Source: Bdellovibrionota bacterium
Lineage (GTDB): Bacteria; Bdellovibrionota_G; JALEGL01; DATDPG01
Assembly (NCBI GenBank): GCA_963668355.1
Contig: OY764265.1
Coordinates: forward strand, 352,001-416,000
Direction of reading: 5' to 3'
Length of the DNA stretch: 64,000 bases
Position 1 is the first letter of the stretch. Every line of letters begins with the position of its first letter. Both the position numbers and the translations under genes were made by a program. Below are positions 16,584 to 27,412 of this stretch, piece by piece. Below the pieces are notes generated by a model. That model searched no databases. It saw nothing but the letters and a program-made list of their open reading frames with translations, and had not been told where the DNA came from.

Positions 16584-17966
16584 ATGAAGAATTACGCAAA
16601 ATGGATCGGTTTATGTTTACTTTTTCTTTTATCAAGTCTTCGCTCAGAAGCTCAAACCATCACCTCCGTAAATACATCCCTCCGTCATGGTGAGTTGCTA
16701 ACATTAACTGGAAACCAATTCGGGAATCGCTCCACCCCCACGCCTTGGTTGTATGAAGACTTTGAAGATCAGTCCACAGTGATCGACCTTGAAAGCAATC
16801 CAGGTCTACACCCCCCTATCATTGCGACTCAGGAACGGGCCCACGGGGGTTTTTCCGCATTGAAATGTCAATTGGGGGACCCTGAGATCGAAACCGAAGA
16901 CTCTGCCGAACGAAAAGGTCATGCCATTTACCGCTTTCCCGAAACCCTGGAGGCAGGAAACAAACTCTTCATCTCCTTTTGGGAGCGCTTTGACTGGGGG
17001 GTCTGGTATTGCGATGACGGAGGACAAGCCGACGTGAGTTACCAGATTAAAAACTGGCGGCTAAGCTCCGGTTCCCAACCCACCACCCCACCTTACATCA
17101 CCCAGAACAATCAAAGTGATTGTGTAGCTTATGGGACCGATGATTTCTGGCCCCGAAACTATTTCACGCGTCACAACTCCATCGATGCGGACACCTATTG
17201 GTACGCCCGAGATTTCGAACCTGAATTCGCGCAACTCAACGACACTTGGATGCTATTCGAACTCCAAGTTCAGCAATCAGACGCAGGCGTAGCCAATGGT
17301 TCCATTGAATTGTGGCTCAGCCGACAAGGGGAACGAAGAAAGGTGACCGAAGACTTCAATATTCTCACCCACGGAGGGAACACAGAGGAGCCCGATCCAG
17401 GATTTAATAAGTTGGTGATTGGCGACTGGATTGATCGAGGAGGAAGAAGCACCACTTTATATTTTGACGATGTTTATGTTGACCGATCTTGGGCCCGCGT
17501 GATTTTGGCAGACTCAAACGATTTTGAAACCGCTTCTCGACGCGAAATTCAACCCACCGAAAGTTGGAGCGAAAACACGATTCAAATTCGCGTCAATGCC
17601 GGACGATTTGAAAGTGGGGATAACCTCTTTCTTTTTGTCGTGGATGAGAATGGAAGCTCCGGCCCCGCCTATCCAGTAACCCTAAGCTTAGCCAACGACA
17701 ACCTGCCGAGCGACCAAGCCGGAGGTGGAGTAGGAAGTGAGTTTGACGACCAAGACATCGTCCTCGACGAGGATGCCCAAAACATCTCCAATGATGAAGA
17801 TGTGGACAGTGCCGGCGTTTTCAGCAACGAAGAACCCGGCGCTCAGGTTTCCGGTGGGTGTCAAAGTTCCTCTTCCCGTTTTTCAATTTTATGGAGCTTA
17901 TGCCTTTTTTGGATGAGTGCGCGTTTTCTAAACAAACGGCAAACACTTCAAAAAGACGCACGATGA
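16584..17966 (+). CDS. Secreted cell-surface protein with a lectin/polysaccharide-lyase-like core, acidic linker and C-terminal GGC-hydrophobic-basic sorting signal (MYXO-CTERM-like)
   Basis: Signal peptide; D/E-rich linker; ends GGCQSSSSRFSILWSLCLFWMSARFLNKR. Confidence 0.75.
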   Translation: MKNYAKWIGLCLLFLLSSLRSEAQTITSVNTSLRHGELLTLTGNQFGNRSTPTPWLYEDFEDQSTVIDLESNPGLHPPIIATQERAHGGFSALKCQLGDPEIETEDSAERKGHAIYRFPETLEAGNKLFISFWERFDWGVWYCDDGGQADVSYQIKNWRLSSGSQPTTPPYITQNNQSDCVAYGTDDFWPRNYFTRHNSIDADTYWYARDFEPEFAQLNDTWMLFELQVQQSDAGVANGSIELWLSRQGERRKVTEDFNILTHGGNTEEPDPGFNKLVIGDWIDRGGRSTTLYFDDVYVDRSWARVILADSNDFETASRREIQPTESWSENTIQIRVNAGRFESGDNLFLFVVDENGSSGPAYPVTLSLANDNLPSDQAGGGVGSEFDDQDIVLDEDAQNISNDEDVDSAGVFSNEEPGAQVSGGCQSSSSRFSILWSLCLFWMSARFLNKRQTLQKDAR

Positions 17967-18009
17967 CCCAACCTTTTTAGTCGGAGTTCATCGTGCATCT
18001 TTCTTTTTT
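17951..18009. terminator. Probable bidirectional intrinsic terminator
   Basis: GCACGATGA/TCATCGTGC stem with flanking A/T tracts, between convergent genes. Confidence 0.6.
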
Positions 18010-19503
18010 CTAGGGAAGAAATTCCAATGTATCTTCTTCGCGTTCCAATCGCTCCAGGCCAAACTCAATGGCTTCTGAAAAATCATTTTGGAATTGCTGC
18101 AAGTCTTCCAAAGAGATGGCCACCACTGAGCCCGCAGGGCAATTGCCTTCTTTCGAAGTGATCACCTGCATCCGAGCAAAGTGCACTCCGGATGTGGGAG
18201 AAGATATCGCCTTTAACAAATCCCCTTCATCCAAGGTACACCCTTGATCATAGCTCCCTTCTGGAAGGGCCGTCATTTCGGAGGATACAATGAATATATA
18301 GTCTGGATCATTCAACTTTTCGACCAACGAGTAAGCAAGTTGTCCATCTACTTGGTTCCGATTGATCTCTTCTTGGATTTGCCAGCGAATCTGATCCTTC
18401 TCCGCTTCAGAGATGATCGCGTCCCGATAACCCTCTTCATACCCATCTTCAAACCCTGCCGAGTAGGCTTCTCGTTCATAATAAGTTGAGTAAGGGGCGT
18501 ACATCAGACTGATCATCACATGATCCGTTAACCAATGAACTGGGGTTGGATAGATTTCGTAGGGGGCATAATAATGCGCACGCCATCGCCACCAATGTGG
18601 ATGAATCGATTTCCATCGATAGCGAAATGGACTCCACGGCCATCTTCCCGTTTCATAATAGAACACGCAGAGGTTGGGGGAATAGAATGCGAATCGGGGA
18701 TAATAATGAAGGTAGGTATAACCTCCCCACACTTCCGGCCAGAAAAATTGAGGACGTCGCCGTCCGTTTCTCACGGAATCACGCCTCAATACGCGACGGT
18801 TTCGATGATGGACCCATCGGTCATCGCGATGTGACTCATGGTTTCTTCTCGCCACACGTGGACGGTCATGACGTTGGATCCGTTGTGGCTTTCGATCCAT
18901 CCTTGATTTTCCTAAATGCTCCTGTTTCCAGCGAGAATCCGAAACCGTTCCCGGATTCCTCGTTCGATCAATGCGAACACCGCCTTTTCCAGAGATCTTT
19001 CCCGTTCCACGCCCCACGATTGGACTCTTGGGGGATCGTCGATTTCCCGTTCTCAAATCGGTTTTCCGTTGACCCTGTTCAGGCTCCGTACGTTTGATTC
19101 GAGGATCTCGACGAACCGTAGAGCCTTGAGAATTCCCACTCCTCCGATTTCCTTTTCCTACCTTGGTTTTCCGTGAACGTTGTCGAGGCTCCATGCGTTT
19201 GGCGCCTGAATCTCGACGAACTGTGGAACCTTGTGAATTCCCATTCCCTCGATTTTTGCTTCTCACTTTTGTTTGCTGTGAACGTTGTCGAGGCTCTGCG
19301 CGTTTCGTTTGCGGCCTTGTCTGTGGGCTCGAAGTGGATCGCTTCGAAGGACTGACCTTAGAAGGTTCTCTTCGAGTCTTGGAAGATTGGCTTTGTTTGG
19401 CTTTTCCCGAACTTCTATTTTTGCCCCTGCTTTGAGCATGGGTCAAAGAGGGAATGGCCAACCCCAAACTCAATAAAAAAATTAAACACCACTTGCGTGA
19501 CAT
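18010..19503 (-). CDS. Secreted hypothetical protein with a long basic disordered repeat region, a W/Y-rich segment and a globular C-terminal domain
   Basis: Start moved to ATG 19503 (SD AAGGGAGG; signal peptide MSRKWCLIFLLSLGLAIPSLTHA). Contains 35-aa repeats. Confidence 0.8.
   Translation of the reverse strand: MSRKWCLIFLLSLGLAIPSLTHAQSRGKNRSSGKAKQSQSSKTRREPSKVSPSKRSTSSPQTRPQTKRAEPRQRSQQTKVRSKNRGNGNSQGSTVRRDSGAKRMEPRQRSRKTKVGKGNRRSGNSQGSTVRRDPRIKRTEPEQGQRKTDLRTGNRRSPKSPIVGRGTGKISGKGGVRIDRTRNPGTVSDSRWKQEHLGKSRMDRKPQRIQRHDRPRVARRNHESHRDDRWVHHRNRRVLRRDSVRNGRRRPQFFWPEVWGGYTYLHYYPRFAFYSPNLCVFYYETGRWPWSPFRYRWKSIHPHWWRWRAHYYAPYEIYPTPVHWLTDHVMISLMYAPYSTYYEREAYSAGFEDGYEEGYRDAIISEAEKDQIRWQIQEEINRNQVDGQLAYSLVEKLNDPDYIFIVSSEMTALPEGSYDQGCTLDEGDLLKAISSPTSGVHFARMQVITSKEGNCPAGSVVAISLEDLQQFQNDFSEAIEFGLERLEREEDTLEFLP
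19035..19296 (-). repeat. Intragenic 105-bp (35-aa) tandem repeat, about 2.5 copies
   Basis: GTGAACGTTGTCGAGGCTC at 19173 and 19278; protein EPRQRS..TKV....R..GNSQGSTVRRD...KR. Confidence 0.8.
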
Positions 19504-19734
19504 AATGATCCTCCCTTGCCGCTTCCATTTCCCAAAAATTCGAGAAATGTCAGCCAAACGCATTCGTTCCCGGCGATGCTTACGCGCATAGCGCCAGAAC
19601 TAAAACGTTTTGATGATTTAAGTTGTCAAAACAAGACAATTGAGGATTCTCAATTAGGGATGATTTATACCTATCGCAGAACTCGGGTGAACGCAAATAT
19701 TCCCCAAGAAAATTCAGGCACTTTGGGGAAGCAT

Positions 19735-19766
19735 AAAAAAATGGGGACCGCGTCCACGATCCCCAC
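19735..19766 (-). terminator. Intrinsic terminator downstream of rplC
   Basis: Minus strand GTGGGGATCGT-GGAC-GCGGTCCCCAT followed by a U-tract. Confidence 0.75.
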
Positions 19767-19783
19767 ATATTTTCACATTTAAA

Positions 19784-20413
19784 TTAACGAGGAAGAATTT
19801 CCAAATAACCGTTTTTTCCTCCTGGAACCGTACCTTCCAACAACACACAATGCTTTTCCGGCACAACCGTTACAATTCGAAGGTTCTTGGTTGTGGTTCG
19901 TTGGTTTCCCAAACGCCCCGACATTTTTTTGCCTTTGGCCACACGTCCCGGAGTTTTACAGTTTCCGATCGAACCGCCATGTCGAAAGTACTCATGGGTT
20001 CCATGACCTCTTACGTCTTTGAAACCCCAACGCTTGATAACGCCCGAAAATCCTTTACCTTTCGTTTGGCCAGAGACATCCACAGATTGCCCCACTTCAA
20101 AAAGATCAGAAAAGGTGATCTCTTGACCGGGTTCATACTTGGAAGCGATTTCTTCCGAAACGCGAAATTCTCGAATTTTTCGTTTTGGGGTTGCGTTTAA
20201 TTTTTTAAAGACCGCTTGGAGATTCTTGGGTGTGTGTTTTTCTTTTCGATCATCAAAACCCAATTGAAGTGCGGTGTATCCATCCTTCTCCACCGTCTTT
20301 TTTTGCATCACCAAACAAGGACCCAATTCCACCAAGGTCACAGCGATGCGCCCATTGTCCCCATCATTAATTTGGGACATGCCTACTTTTTTTCCCAATA
20401 AACCCAATGCCAT
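19784..20413 (-). CDS. rplC: 50S ribosomal protein L3 (stand-alone)
   Basis: GLLGKKVGMSQ, DGYTALQLG, KGKGFSGVIKRWGF, PGRVAKGKKMSG. Confidence 0.97.
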   Translation of the reverse strand: MALGLLGKKVGMSQINDGDNGRIAVTLVELGPCLVMQKKTVEKDGYTALQLGFDDRKEKHTPKNLQAVFKKLNATPKRKIREFRVSEEIASKYEPGQEITFSDLFEVGQSVDVSGQTKGKGFSGVIKRWGFKDVRGHGTHEYFRHGGSIGNCKTPGRVAKGKKMSGRLGNQRTTTKNLRIVTVVPEKHCVLLEGTVPGGKNGYLEILPR

Positions 20414-20587
20414 TTTTCGCTCCTTTATCCCGCCACACCCACATCAAGGGTGCCGTAGTCATATGATTCCATACCGAGTCATTGACGCTTCAGTATGCCC
20501 TTCCCCTCCACCAGGCTTTCCGGACAACCCTGAAAAACAGGGCGGAAGATCAGAAGGAGGCGGAATATACTGATTTCGAAAGGAATT

Positions 20588-20920
20588 TCAAGCCTTCAGG
20601 CTCGAAATAAAATCAAGGTATTCTTGAGGAGGAGAAAGCAAGGAAATCCCCACCCCTCCCGGATTGCTGGACATGGCCATGGGAAGCGCCTTTTTGGAAA
20701 ATGCCACTTTCCCTTTTAATTCAATAACTTGAGAATCATCCACGTCGAGACTGAACGTCAATTCCGCCCCCACTTTCATCAGATGGCGGGTTTGAATGAA
20801 GAGCCCCACCTCAGACAGATTGATCACAAAGCCGGTTTGCTCCTTCCCATCCACGGAAAAATGAGCGGTCACACGATGTTTCAGACGTTCGGCTCTTCTC
20901 AGTTTTTTCTGTCCAGGCAT
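20588..20920 (-). CDS. PilZ domain protein
   Basis: RRAER (RxxxR) and NLSEVGLFI ([D/N]xSxxG) motifs. Confidence 0.85.
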   Translation of the reverse strand: MPGQKKLRRAERLKHRVTAHFSVDGKEQTGFVINLSEVGLFIQTRHLMKVGAELTFSLDVDDSQVIELKGKVAFSKKALPMAMSSNPGGVGISLLSPPQEYLDFISSLKA

Positions 20921-20953
20921 GGCAAACGAGATACCCGAAAACGTCCGTTCTGA

Positions 20954-22963
20954 CTAGCTTTGAAAGAGAGCCTGCTCCTGGAGGCTTTTCACACGATCCC
21001 TGAGCTTGGCCGCCTTCTCAAACTCCAAATCCTTCGCCGCTTGAAACATCTCTTGTTTCAGCGTCTCAATCTTCTTTTCCAATTCCTCCGCCGAAGCATA
21101 CTCTTCCTTCGCCTCCTTCAATCCCGTGACATCCACGTAGTCCGCATTGTAAATGGCGGCCATGGGCGAATGAATGGCCCTTCGAATGGTCTCCGGCGTG
21201 ATTCCATGCGTTTTATTGTAAGCCATTTGTATCTTCCGACGACGTTGCGTTTCGTCCATGGCAATCTTCATGGATCCGGTGATTCGGTCGGCATACATTA
21301 AAACCCTTCCCTCAACATTTCGAGCCGCTCGACCAAAGGTCTGAATCATGGAGGTTACGGATCGAAGAAACCCTTCTTTATCGGCATCCAAAATGGCGAC
21401 CAACGACACTTCGGGCAAATCCAAACCCTCACGCAAGAGGTTAATGCCAACCAAGACATCGAATTTTCCCATTCTCAGATCCCTGAGAATCTCAATTCGC
21501 TCCAAGGTTTCCACATCTGAATGCAGGTACTTCACACGAATTTTCAAGTCTCGGTAATACTCTGTCAGGTCTTCGGCCATCCGCTTGGTCAGGGTTGTTA
21601 CCAAGACGCGTTCATTTCGTTCAATTCGAATTCGAATTTCACCGAGCAAATCATCCACTTGGTGTCCGGCGGGACGCACCTCCACTTCGGGATCCAAAAG
21701 TCCGGTAGGGCGAATCACTTGCTCAACGATCTCCCCTTGGGTTCGGTTCAATTCATAGGGCCCCGGAGTGGCTGACACATACACCACAGGTTTCTTAAAC
21801 CCTTCGAACTCTTCAAACTTCATCGGTCGGTTATCCAACGCCGAAGGAAGTCGAAAACCGTATTCCACCAACGTCTGTTTCCGACTTCGATCCCCTCGAT
21901 ACATGGCCCGAATTTGTGGCACCCCCACATGGCTTTCATCAATGATGCAGAGAAAATCCTTTGGGAAATAATCCAATAGGGTCGGAGGGCGTTCTCCCGG
22001 CTTCGCTCCCGTCATATGCCGCGTATAGTTTTCAATGCCCGAACAAAACCCCATTTCTTCCATCATCTCGATATCAAAGAGAGTTCGTTGCTCCAATCGT
22101 TGGGCCTCAACCAATTTGTTTAACTTCTTCAACTCCTGCAACCGCTCCCTCAACTCAATTTGAATGGAAGCAATGGCCTTTTTCATTTGATCTTTCGAAG
22201 TCACATAATGGCTTCCCGGATACACAGCCACCTGCTTCAAGCCCCCAAGAAGTTCTCCCGTCAAGGGATCCAGCTCTTCAATCTTTTCAACTTCATCCCC
22301 AAAAAAAGTAACTCGGAGAGATCGGTTCTCTTCATGAGCCGGAAATATTTCCACGACATCTCCACGAACCCGAAATTTGCCTCGAGAAAAATCAACGTCA
22401 TTTCGTTCGTATTGAATTTCCACCAAACGTTTCAAAAGAAAATCACGTTCCATTTCCTCGCCAACGTGAATGGGGACCAGAAGCGAACGATATTCGTCGG
22501 GGTTTCCAAGGTTATAAATGCAGGAAACGGAAGCGACAACGATCGTATCCGGACGGACCAACACAGAGCGAGTGGCCGAATGCCTCATTTTGTCGATCTC
22601 TTCGTTAATGCTGGCGTCTTTTTCGATGTAGGTATCACTGGAAGGCACGTAAGCCTCGGGCTGATAGTAATCGTAATAACTCACGAAATACTCCACCGCG
22701 TTTTCCGGGAAAAAACTTCGAAACTCACTAAACAGCTGAGCTGCAAGGGTTTTATTGGGTGCGATGATCAGCGTAGGCTTTCCAACGCGTTCAATGACAT
22801 TCGCCATCGTAAACGTCTTTCCCGAGCCCGTCACACCCAAGAGCACCTGGTCTTGTTTGCCCGCTTCTAACCCAGACACCAGAGACTCAATGGCTTCCGG
22901 TTGATCTCCCCTGGGCGAAAATTCGGTAGAGAGTTTAAATGGGGCTACCCCTTGATTCGCCAC
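20954..22963 (-). CDS. uvrB: Excinuclease ABC subunit B
   Basis: [24 protein letters not shown]-terminal UVR domain. Confidence 0.98.
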   Translation of the reverse strand: MANQGVAPFKLSTEFSPRGDQPEAIESLVSGLEAGKQDQVLLGVTGSGKTFTMANVIERVGKPTLIIAPNKTLAAQLFSEFRSFFPENAVEYFVSYYDYYQPEAYVPSSDTYIEKDASINEEIDKMRHSATRSVLVRPDTIVVASVSCIYNLGNPDEYRSLLVPIHVGEEMERDFLLKRLVEIQYERNDVDFSRGKFRVRGDVVEIFPAHEENRSLRVTFFGDEVEKIEELDPLTGELLGGLKQVAVYPGSHYVTSKDQMKKAIASIQIELRERLQELKKLNKLVEAQRLEQRTLFDIEMMEEMGFCSGIENYTRHMTGAKPGERPPTLLDYFPKDFLCIIDESHVGVPQIRAMYRGDRSRKQTLVEYGFRLPSALDNRPMKFEEFEGFKKPVVYVSATPGPYELNRTQGEIVEQVIRPTGLLDPEVEVRPAGHQVDDLLGEIRIRIERNERVLVTTLTKRMAEDLTEYYRDLKIRVKYLHSDVETLERIEILRDLRMGKFDVLVGINLLREGLDLPEVSLVAILDADKEGFLRSVTSMIQTFGRAARNVEGRVLMYADRITGSMKIAMDETQRRRKIQMAYNKTHGITPETIRRAIHSPMAAIYNADYVDVTGLKEAKEEYASAEELEKKIETLKQEMFQAAKDLEFEKAAKLRDRVKSLQEQALFQS

Positions 22964-24339
22964 GAAGTGCCCTCCGGCGAATCCTCCACGACAACATTCA
23001 TTGCCGTCAATTCATCCCGAATTTGATCGGCCCGATCAAAGTTCTTTTCCCTTCGAGCCTCTGCACGTTCAGCGATCAGCTGTTCCACCTTGGTTGCATC
23101 CAAGTCCCCTTCTGCAGGACGGTTTTTGAAATACTCTTCCGGATTGGCTTGGAACAAACCCAGAACGCCTCCCAATTCCACAAACAAGTCTTTCATCGCG
23201 CCAGCTTGGGCTAGCGTTTCCTTTTTACGCTGAAGGCGATTGATCTCTTTCACCATTTCGAACAAGACCCCCATGGCCTTCGCACTATTGAAGTCATCAT
23301 CCATGGCTTCCTCGAAACGTTCTCGAAAACTACCTTCGGGCTCAACCTTTTCCGGAGAAGGAGGAACGGACAGAAGAACGCGATACATTCGATCTAGACC
23401 TCGGGCGGCTTCCTCCATGGCTCCATCCGAAAAATCGATCGGAGAACGATAGTGAAACGAGAGCATGTAAAACTTGATCGCTTCCGCATGAAATTTGGAC
23501 AGAAGTTTTTTTAAATTCACCATATTGCCCAAAGATTTAGACATCTTTTCTTTGTTGATGTTTACAAATCCATTGTGAAACCAATAAGTGGCAAACTGCG
23601 CTTCATTGGCTGCTTCGGATTGGGCAATCTCATTCTCGTGATGAGGAAAGATGAGATCTTGTCCTCCGGCATGAATGTCAATGCTCTCTCCCAAATGTTC
23701 TTTGGCCATAGCCGAGCATTCAATATGCCACCCCGGACGACCTTTTCCCCAAGGAGAATCCCAAGAAGGTTCCTCCGGTTTGGCTTTCTTCCATAAGGCA
23801 AAATCCAAAGGGTCTTTTTTCTTCTCACCGGGAAAAACCCGAGCTCCAACTTTTAAATCCTCCGTTCGCCTTCGGGACAACTTTCCATATTCTTTGCATG
23901 CGGGGATGGAAAAATACACATCCCCATCGGACGCATAGGCGTGTCCTTTTTGGATCAACGTCTCGATGAATTGGATGATGCCCTTAATGGTGGTCGTTGC
24001 TTGAGGACTGACGGCTGGGGGCAATAAGCCAAGGTTGGCCATATCTTCATTATAAGAAGCCGTATAGGTTTCAGAAATCTCCGAGAACACCACACCTTCG
24101 TCATTGGCCCGCTTGATGATTTTGTCATCAATGTCCGTAATGTTTCGAACATACTTCACCTCGTACCCTTTGTAGGTAAGGTACCGAAGAATGCAGTCAT
24201 ATACGATGTAGGTTCGGCCATGGCCAATATGGGCGTGGTCATACACCGTTGGGCCACACACATACATTCGCACTTTATGGGGTTCAATCGTCTTAAACTC
24301 TTCCTGGCTCCGTGTGAGCGTATTGTAGACCTTCAACAT
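22945..24339 (-). CDS. cysS: Cysteine--tRNA ligase
   Basis: [25 protein letters not shown]. Start placed at MLKVYN (24339). Confidence 0.97.
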   Translation of the reverse strand: MLKVYNTLTRSQEEFKTIEPHKVRMYVCGPTVYDHAHIGHGRTYIVYDCILRYLTYKGYEVKYVRNITDIDDKIIKRANDEGVVFSEISETYTASYNEDMANLGLLPPAVSPQATTTIKGIIQFIETLIQKGHAYASDGDVYFSIPACKEYGKLSRRRTEDLKVGARVFPGEKKKDPLDFALWKKAKPEEPSWDSPWGKGRPGWHIECSAMAKEHLGESIDIHAGGQDLIFPHHENEIAQSEAANEAQFATYWFHNGFVNINKEKMSKSLGNMVNLKKLLSKFHAEAIKFYMLSFHYRSPIDFSDGAMEEAARGLDRMYRVLLSVPPSPEKVEPEGSFRERFEEAMDDDFNSAKAMGVLFEMVKEINRLQRKKETLAQAGAMKDLFVELGGVLGLFQANPEEYFKNRPAEGDLDATKVEQLIAERAEARREKNFDRADQIRDELTAMNVVVEDSPEGTSWRIKG

Positions 24340-24438
24340 AGAGGCGCATGCTAACACAGATCATTTCGAAAATCGTGCTCACACCAACCTTCTGAAATGT
24401 CTACGAAATGTAGGGGGGACAAGAATTTCGGCCAAGCT

Positions 24439-26262
24439 TCATTTCATCATTCGACGTCGTCGAAGTTCGAAATTGTAGGCATTGGTCAATTCGTCGTGAG
24501 AAACCATCCCGAGAATCTTCCGTGGCTGATCCGGATCAACGACCGGCAATCGGGTCAGACCACTTTCCAAAAATCGTTTCAACGCCGTATCACAAAGATC
24601 TTCGGGAAAAACCGATACCGGAGGCACCATCAAGTCCCTGGCAATGAGCAAATGATCCGCATTGGGGTCGGTCAAATATTCATGGAAATGCTGCAAATCC
24701 AGAAGGCCCACCAATTCTTTGTTTTGATCCACCACGGGATAAACCAAGTGGTGAACACGGTTGACCACTTCCAACATCTCTTGCATGGAGGCGCCTTCAC
24801 GAATGCTCACCACATCCTTGACCACCCAAGCATCTTTCACGCGCAAAGACTCAAAAATATCCAAGGCAAAATCGGCCACATGCGCTCCTGAGGCCAAGCG
24901 ATTCTTAATCTGTTTCTCATACAAACTGGCTTTTCTAAGCGTCAAAGAGATGACGGAAACCAACATGAGTGGAACCAACAGCCCATACCCCATTGTCATT
25001 TCGGAAACCAAAATCAAGGCGGAAACGGGCGCATTCGAGATGCCCGCAAACAACCCCGCCATTCCCACCAAAGCAAAGGGAGCCACATGAGGGACTAAGT
25101 CCGGAGCTACCTGCTGAGCCGCCGAACCAATTGCCGCCCCCAACATTCCCCCAATGACCAAAGAGGGACCAAAAACCCCTCCGCTTCCTCCCGAGCTGAT
25201 GGTCAATGAAGTGGTTAGAATTTTTCCAAAGGCAATGGCCAACGCAGGCATCAAGGCAATCCCGCCGACAATAGCCGTTTGCAAGTATCCGTATCCACCT
25301 CCGCGGGCTTCGGGAAGCGCCAACCCGATCAAAGCCACGCCCAACCCACCCAAAGCAGGCTTCAATTTGTTTGAAATGGGAATCTTATGAAAAACATGAT
25401 CCCGCATGCCATAAAACACACGTACGTAAATGGCCCCGACACCTGCACAAATGGCACCCAAGGCGAGGTAAATAGAGAGGGCTTTCCATCCCGTAAACAC
25501 GATGGGAGGTAGACCAAAAATGCTCCCCGTTCCCGAAAACAACGTCAAAATGCTATAGGCGACCACCGATGAAAAAATGCACGGAACAATGGCATCCGTT
25601 TCAAAGTCTTCCGCGTACAAAACTTCAGCAGCAAACAAGGCTCCACCCAAAGGGGCTCGAAAAATGGCGCCAATTCCTCCACCCGCTCCACACAATAAAA
25701 GGATTCTTCGCTCTCGGGGAGAAAGATGAAGAAGGTCCGCAATCCATGTACCTACTCCTGCACCTACCTGAGCAATGGGCCCCTCTCGACCTGCGCTTCC
25801 TCCGCTGGCCAATGTAACAATGGAAGCGAGGCCCTTTACAAAAGGAACCCGCTTTCGGATTTTTCCGCCCTTGGTATGAAATGCATCGATCACCGCATCG
25901 GTGCCGTGGCCTTCTGCCTCCGGGGCGAAGGTATACACCAACCAACCTGAAATTAGCCCTCCTAGGATGGGAAGACAGAAAAAGACCCACGGGCGCCGCG
26001 TCACCTGATCCAACACAAAGGCCGAGGTCTCACCCGCCGGATGGGGAATTTCGTATCCGGCCCACACGCCCATCCACATATGATGGACAAAATCCAACCC
26101 CCAACCAAAACCCACAGCAACCAGCCCCGCAAAAGCTCCGGTTAAACAGCTCAGGTAAACAATTCGAAGGGACAGTTGTCGTCCCATCAAATGACCAATC
26201 TTCTGGGCCATCGCAGAAGGAGAGAAAAAGTCGAATGACCCTTTGTGATTCGAATTTGGCAT
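24439..26262 (-). CDS. Chloride channel / ClC family transporter with CBS domains
   Basis: GSAGREGP and GGSGGVFGP ClC motifs; C-terminal CBS pair. Confidence 0.94.
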   Translation of the reverse strand: MPNSNHKGSFDFFSPSAMAQKIGHLMGRQLSLRIVYLSCLTGAFAGLVAVGFGWGLDFVHHMWMGVWAGYEIPHPAGETSAFVLDQVTRRPWVFFCLPILGGLISGWLVYTFAPEAEGHGTDAVIDAFHTKGGKIRKRVPFVKGLASIVTLASGGSAGREGPIAQVGAGVGTWIADLLHLSPRERRILLLCGAGGGIGAIFRAPLGGALFAAEVLYAEDFETDAIVPCIFSSVVAYSILTLFSGTGSIFGLPPIVFTGWKALSIYLALGAICAGVGAIYVRVFYGMRDHVFHKIPISNKLKPALGGLGVALIGLALPEARGGGYGYLQTAIVGGIALMPALAIAFGKILTTSLTISSGGSGGVFGPSLVIGGMLGAAIGSAAQQVAPDLVPHVAPFALVGMAGLFAGISNAPVSALILVSEMTMGYGLLVPLMLVSVISLTLRKASLYEKQIKNRLASGAHVADFALDIFESLRVKDAWVVKDVVSIREGASMQEMLEVVNRVHHLVYPVVDQNKELVGLLDLQHFHEYLTDPNADHLLIARDLMVPPVSVFPEDLCDTALKRFLESGLTRLPVVDPDQPRKILGMVSHDELTNAYNFELRRRRMMK

Positions 26263-26364
26263 GGTGGACTGCCCCTATAGAAGATGAATCCCTTAAGTTC
26301 AAGAGATAATGGAAAGACTTGGCGCAAGGCGTTGGGGTGCTATAATCCATAGCTACCTGAAATT

Positions 26365-27405
26365 ATGCCCATTTCGACCATTCCAAAAATCTCTACGCCG
26401 CGAAAGCGGGTGGAGAACCTGCTTAACGAAAATCGCTCGTTAAAAAGCACCATTGGGTTGCTAACGCATTGCCGAGAAATTTCGTCCCAAATCGAAATGG
26501 AACCGGTCGCCCAAGCCACACTAAAAGTATTGGCGTCACTGGTTCAAGCCACCTCCGCTTTTATGGTGTCTCGACTGGACGACGAGTCCTGTTTTCGCTT
26601 TTTGGCCACACAGGGAATCTCTTGCCAAGAAGCCAAAGCCATCTCCGACCGAGTAGACCCTTTTCGAGTGAGATACACACGACCCAGCTCCCGAATGAAA
26701 TGGATTCAGGACATCCGTGGCCCCATGCTCATCGCTCGCTTGCAGACCCAGCACGCGCCCAGTACTTCCGTTGTCTTAACGTTTGATCCCCAAGAAGAGC
26801 CAAACCGAAAAAATTTGGACCGAATTCAAGTCGTGACGCTTCATGCGGCCCAAGCATTGGACAACGCTTCTCGCTTTGAGCGCGCCCAAAACCTTTCCTT
26901 CACCGATGACGTTACAGGCTTGTACAACATTCGCTATTTGGAACTTTTTTTGGACAAAGAACTTCATCGCGCCAAAAGACTAAACTATCCCGTTTCTTTC
27001 CTGTTCATGGATATGGACCACTTCAAAAAAGTCAACGATGGACACGGCCATTTGATTGGAAGTGGACTATTGATTTTGGTCGCCAAGGAACTCAAGAATT
27101 TGGTTCGAGATGGTGACGTCGTCGTTCGCTATGGAGGCGATGAATATGTTTTGATCTTAATCAACACGCCTGCAAAAGATGCCAAACAAGTGGCCGAACG
27201 AATTCGGAAACGAATTGAAACGTTCCCGTTCAAAGATCGACTCGGCTTGGGTGATAAGGGAACGCTTCCTCCCCTCACAGCTTCGATTGGAATCGCAACC
27301 TTTCCTCAACACGCAAAAGATTGCAAAACCGTTTTACGCCTGGCGGATCAGGCCATGTATGAAGCCAAGAAAAACCGGAATGCGGTTCACTTAAGTTCGA
27401 CCTAA
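26365..27405 (+). CDS. Sensor (GAF-like) diguanylate cyclase
   Basis: DMDHFKKVNDGHGH; RDGD I-site followed by RYGGDEY. Confidence 0.93.
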   Translation: MPISTIPKISTPRKRVENLLNENRSLKSTIGLLTHCREISSQIEMEPVAQATLKVLASLVQATSAFMVSRLDDESCFRFLATQGISCQEAKAISDRVDPFRVRYTRPSSRMKWIQDIRGPMLIARLQTQHAPSTSVVLTFDPQEEPNRKNLDRIQVVTLHAAQALDNASRFERAQNLSFTDDVTGLYNIRYLELFLDKELHRAKRLNYPVSFLFMDMDHFKKVNDGHGHLIGSGLLILVAKELKNLVRDGDVVVRYGGDEYVLILINTPAKDAKQVAERIRKRIETFPFKDRLGLGDKGTLPPLTASIGIATFPQHAKDCKTVLRLADQAMYEAKKNRNAVHLSST

Positions 27406-27412
27406 CCTTAAA

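Noticed and set aside
20588..27405. PilZ + GGDEF (plus distant YajQ) as one c-di-GMP system
   Set aside because: Separated by housekeeping genes and in different transcription units; common in such genomes.
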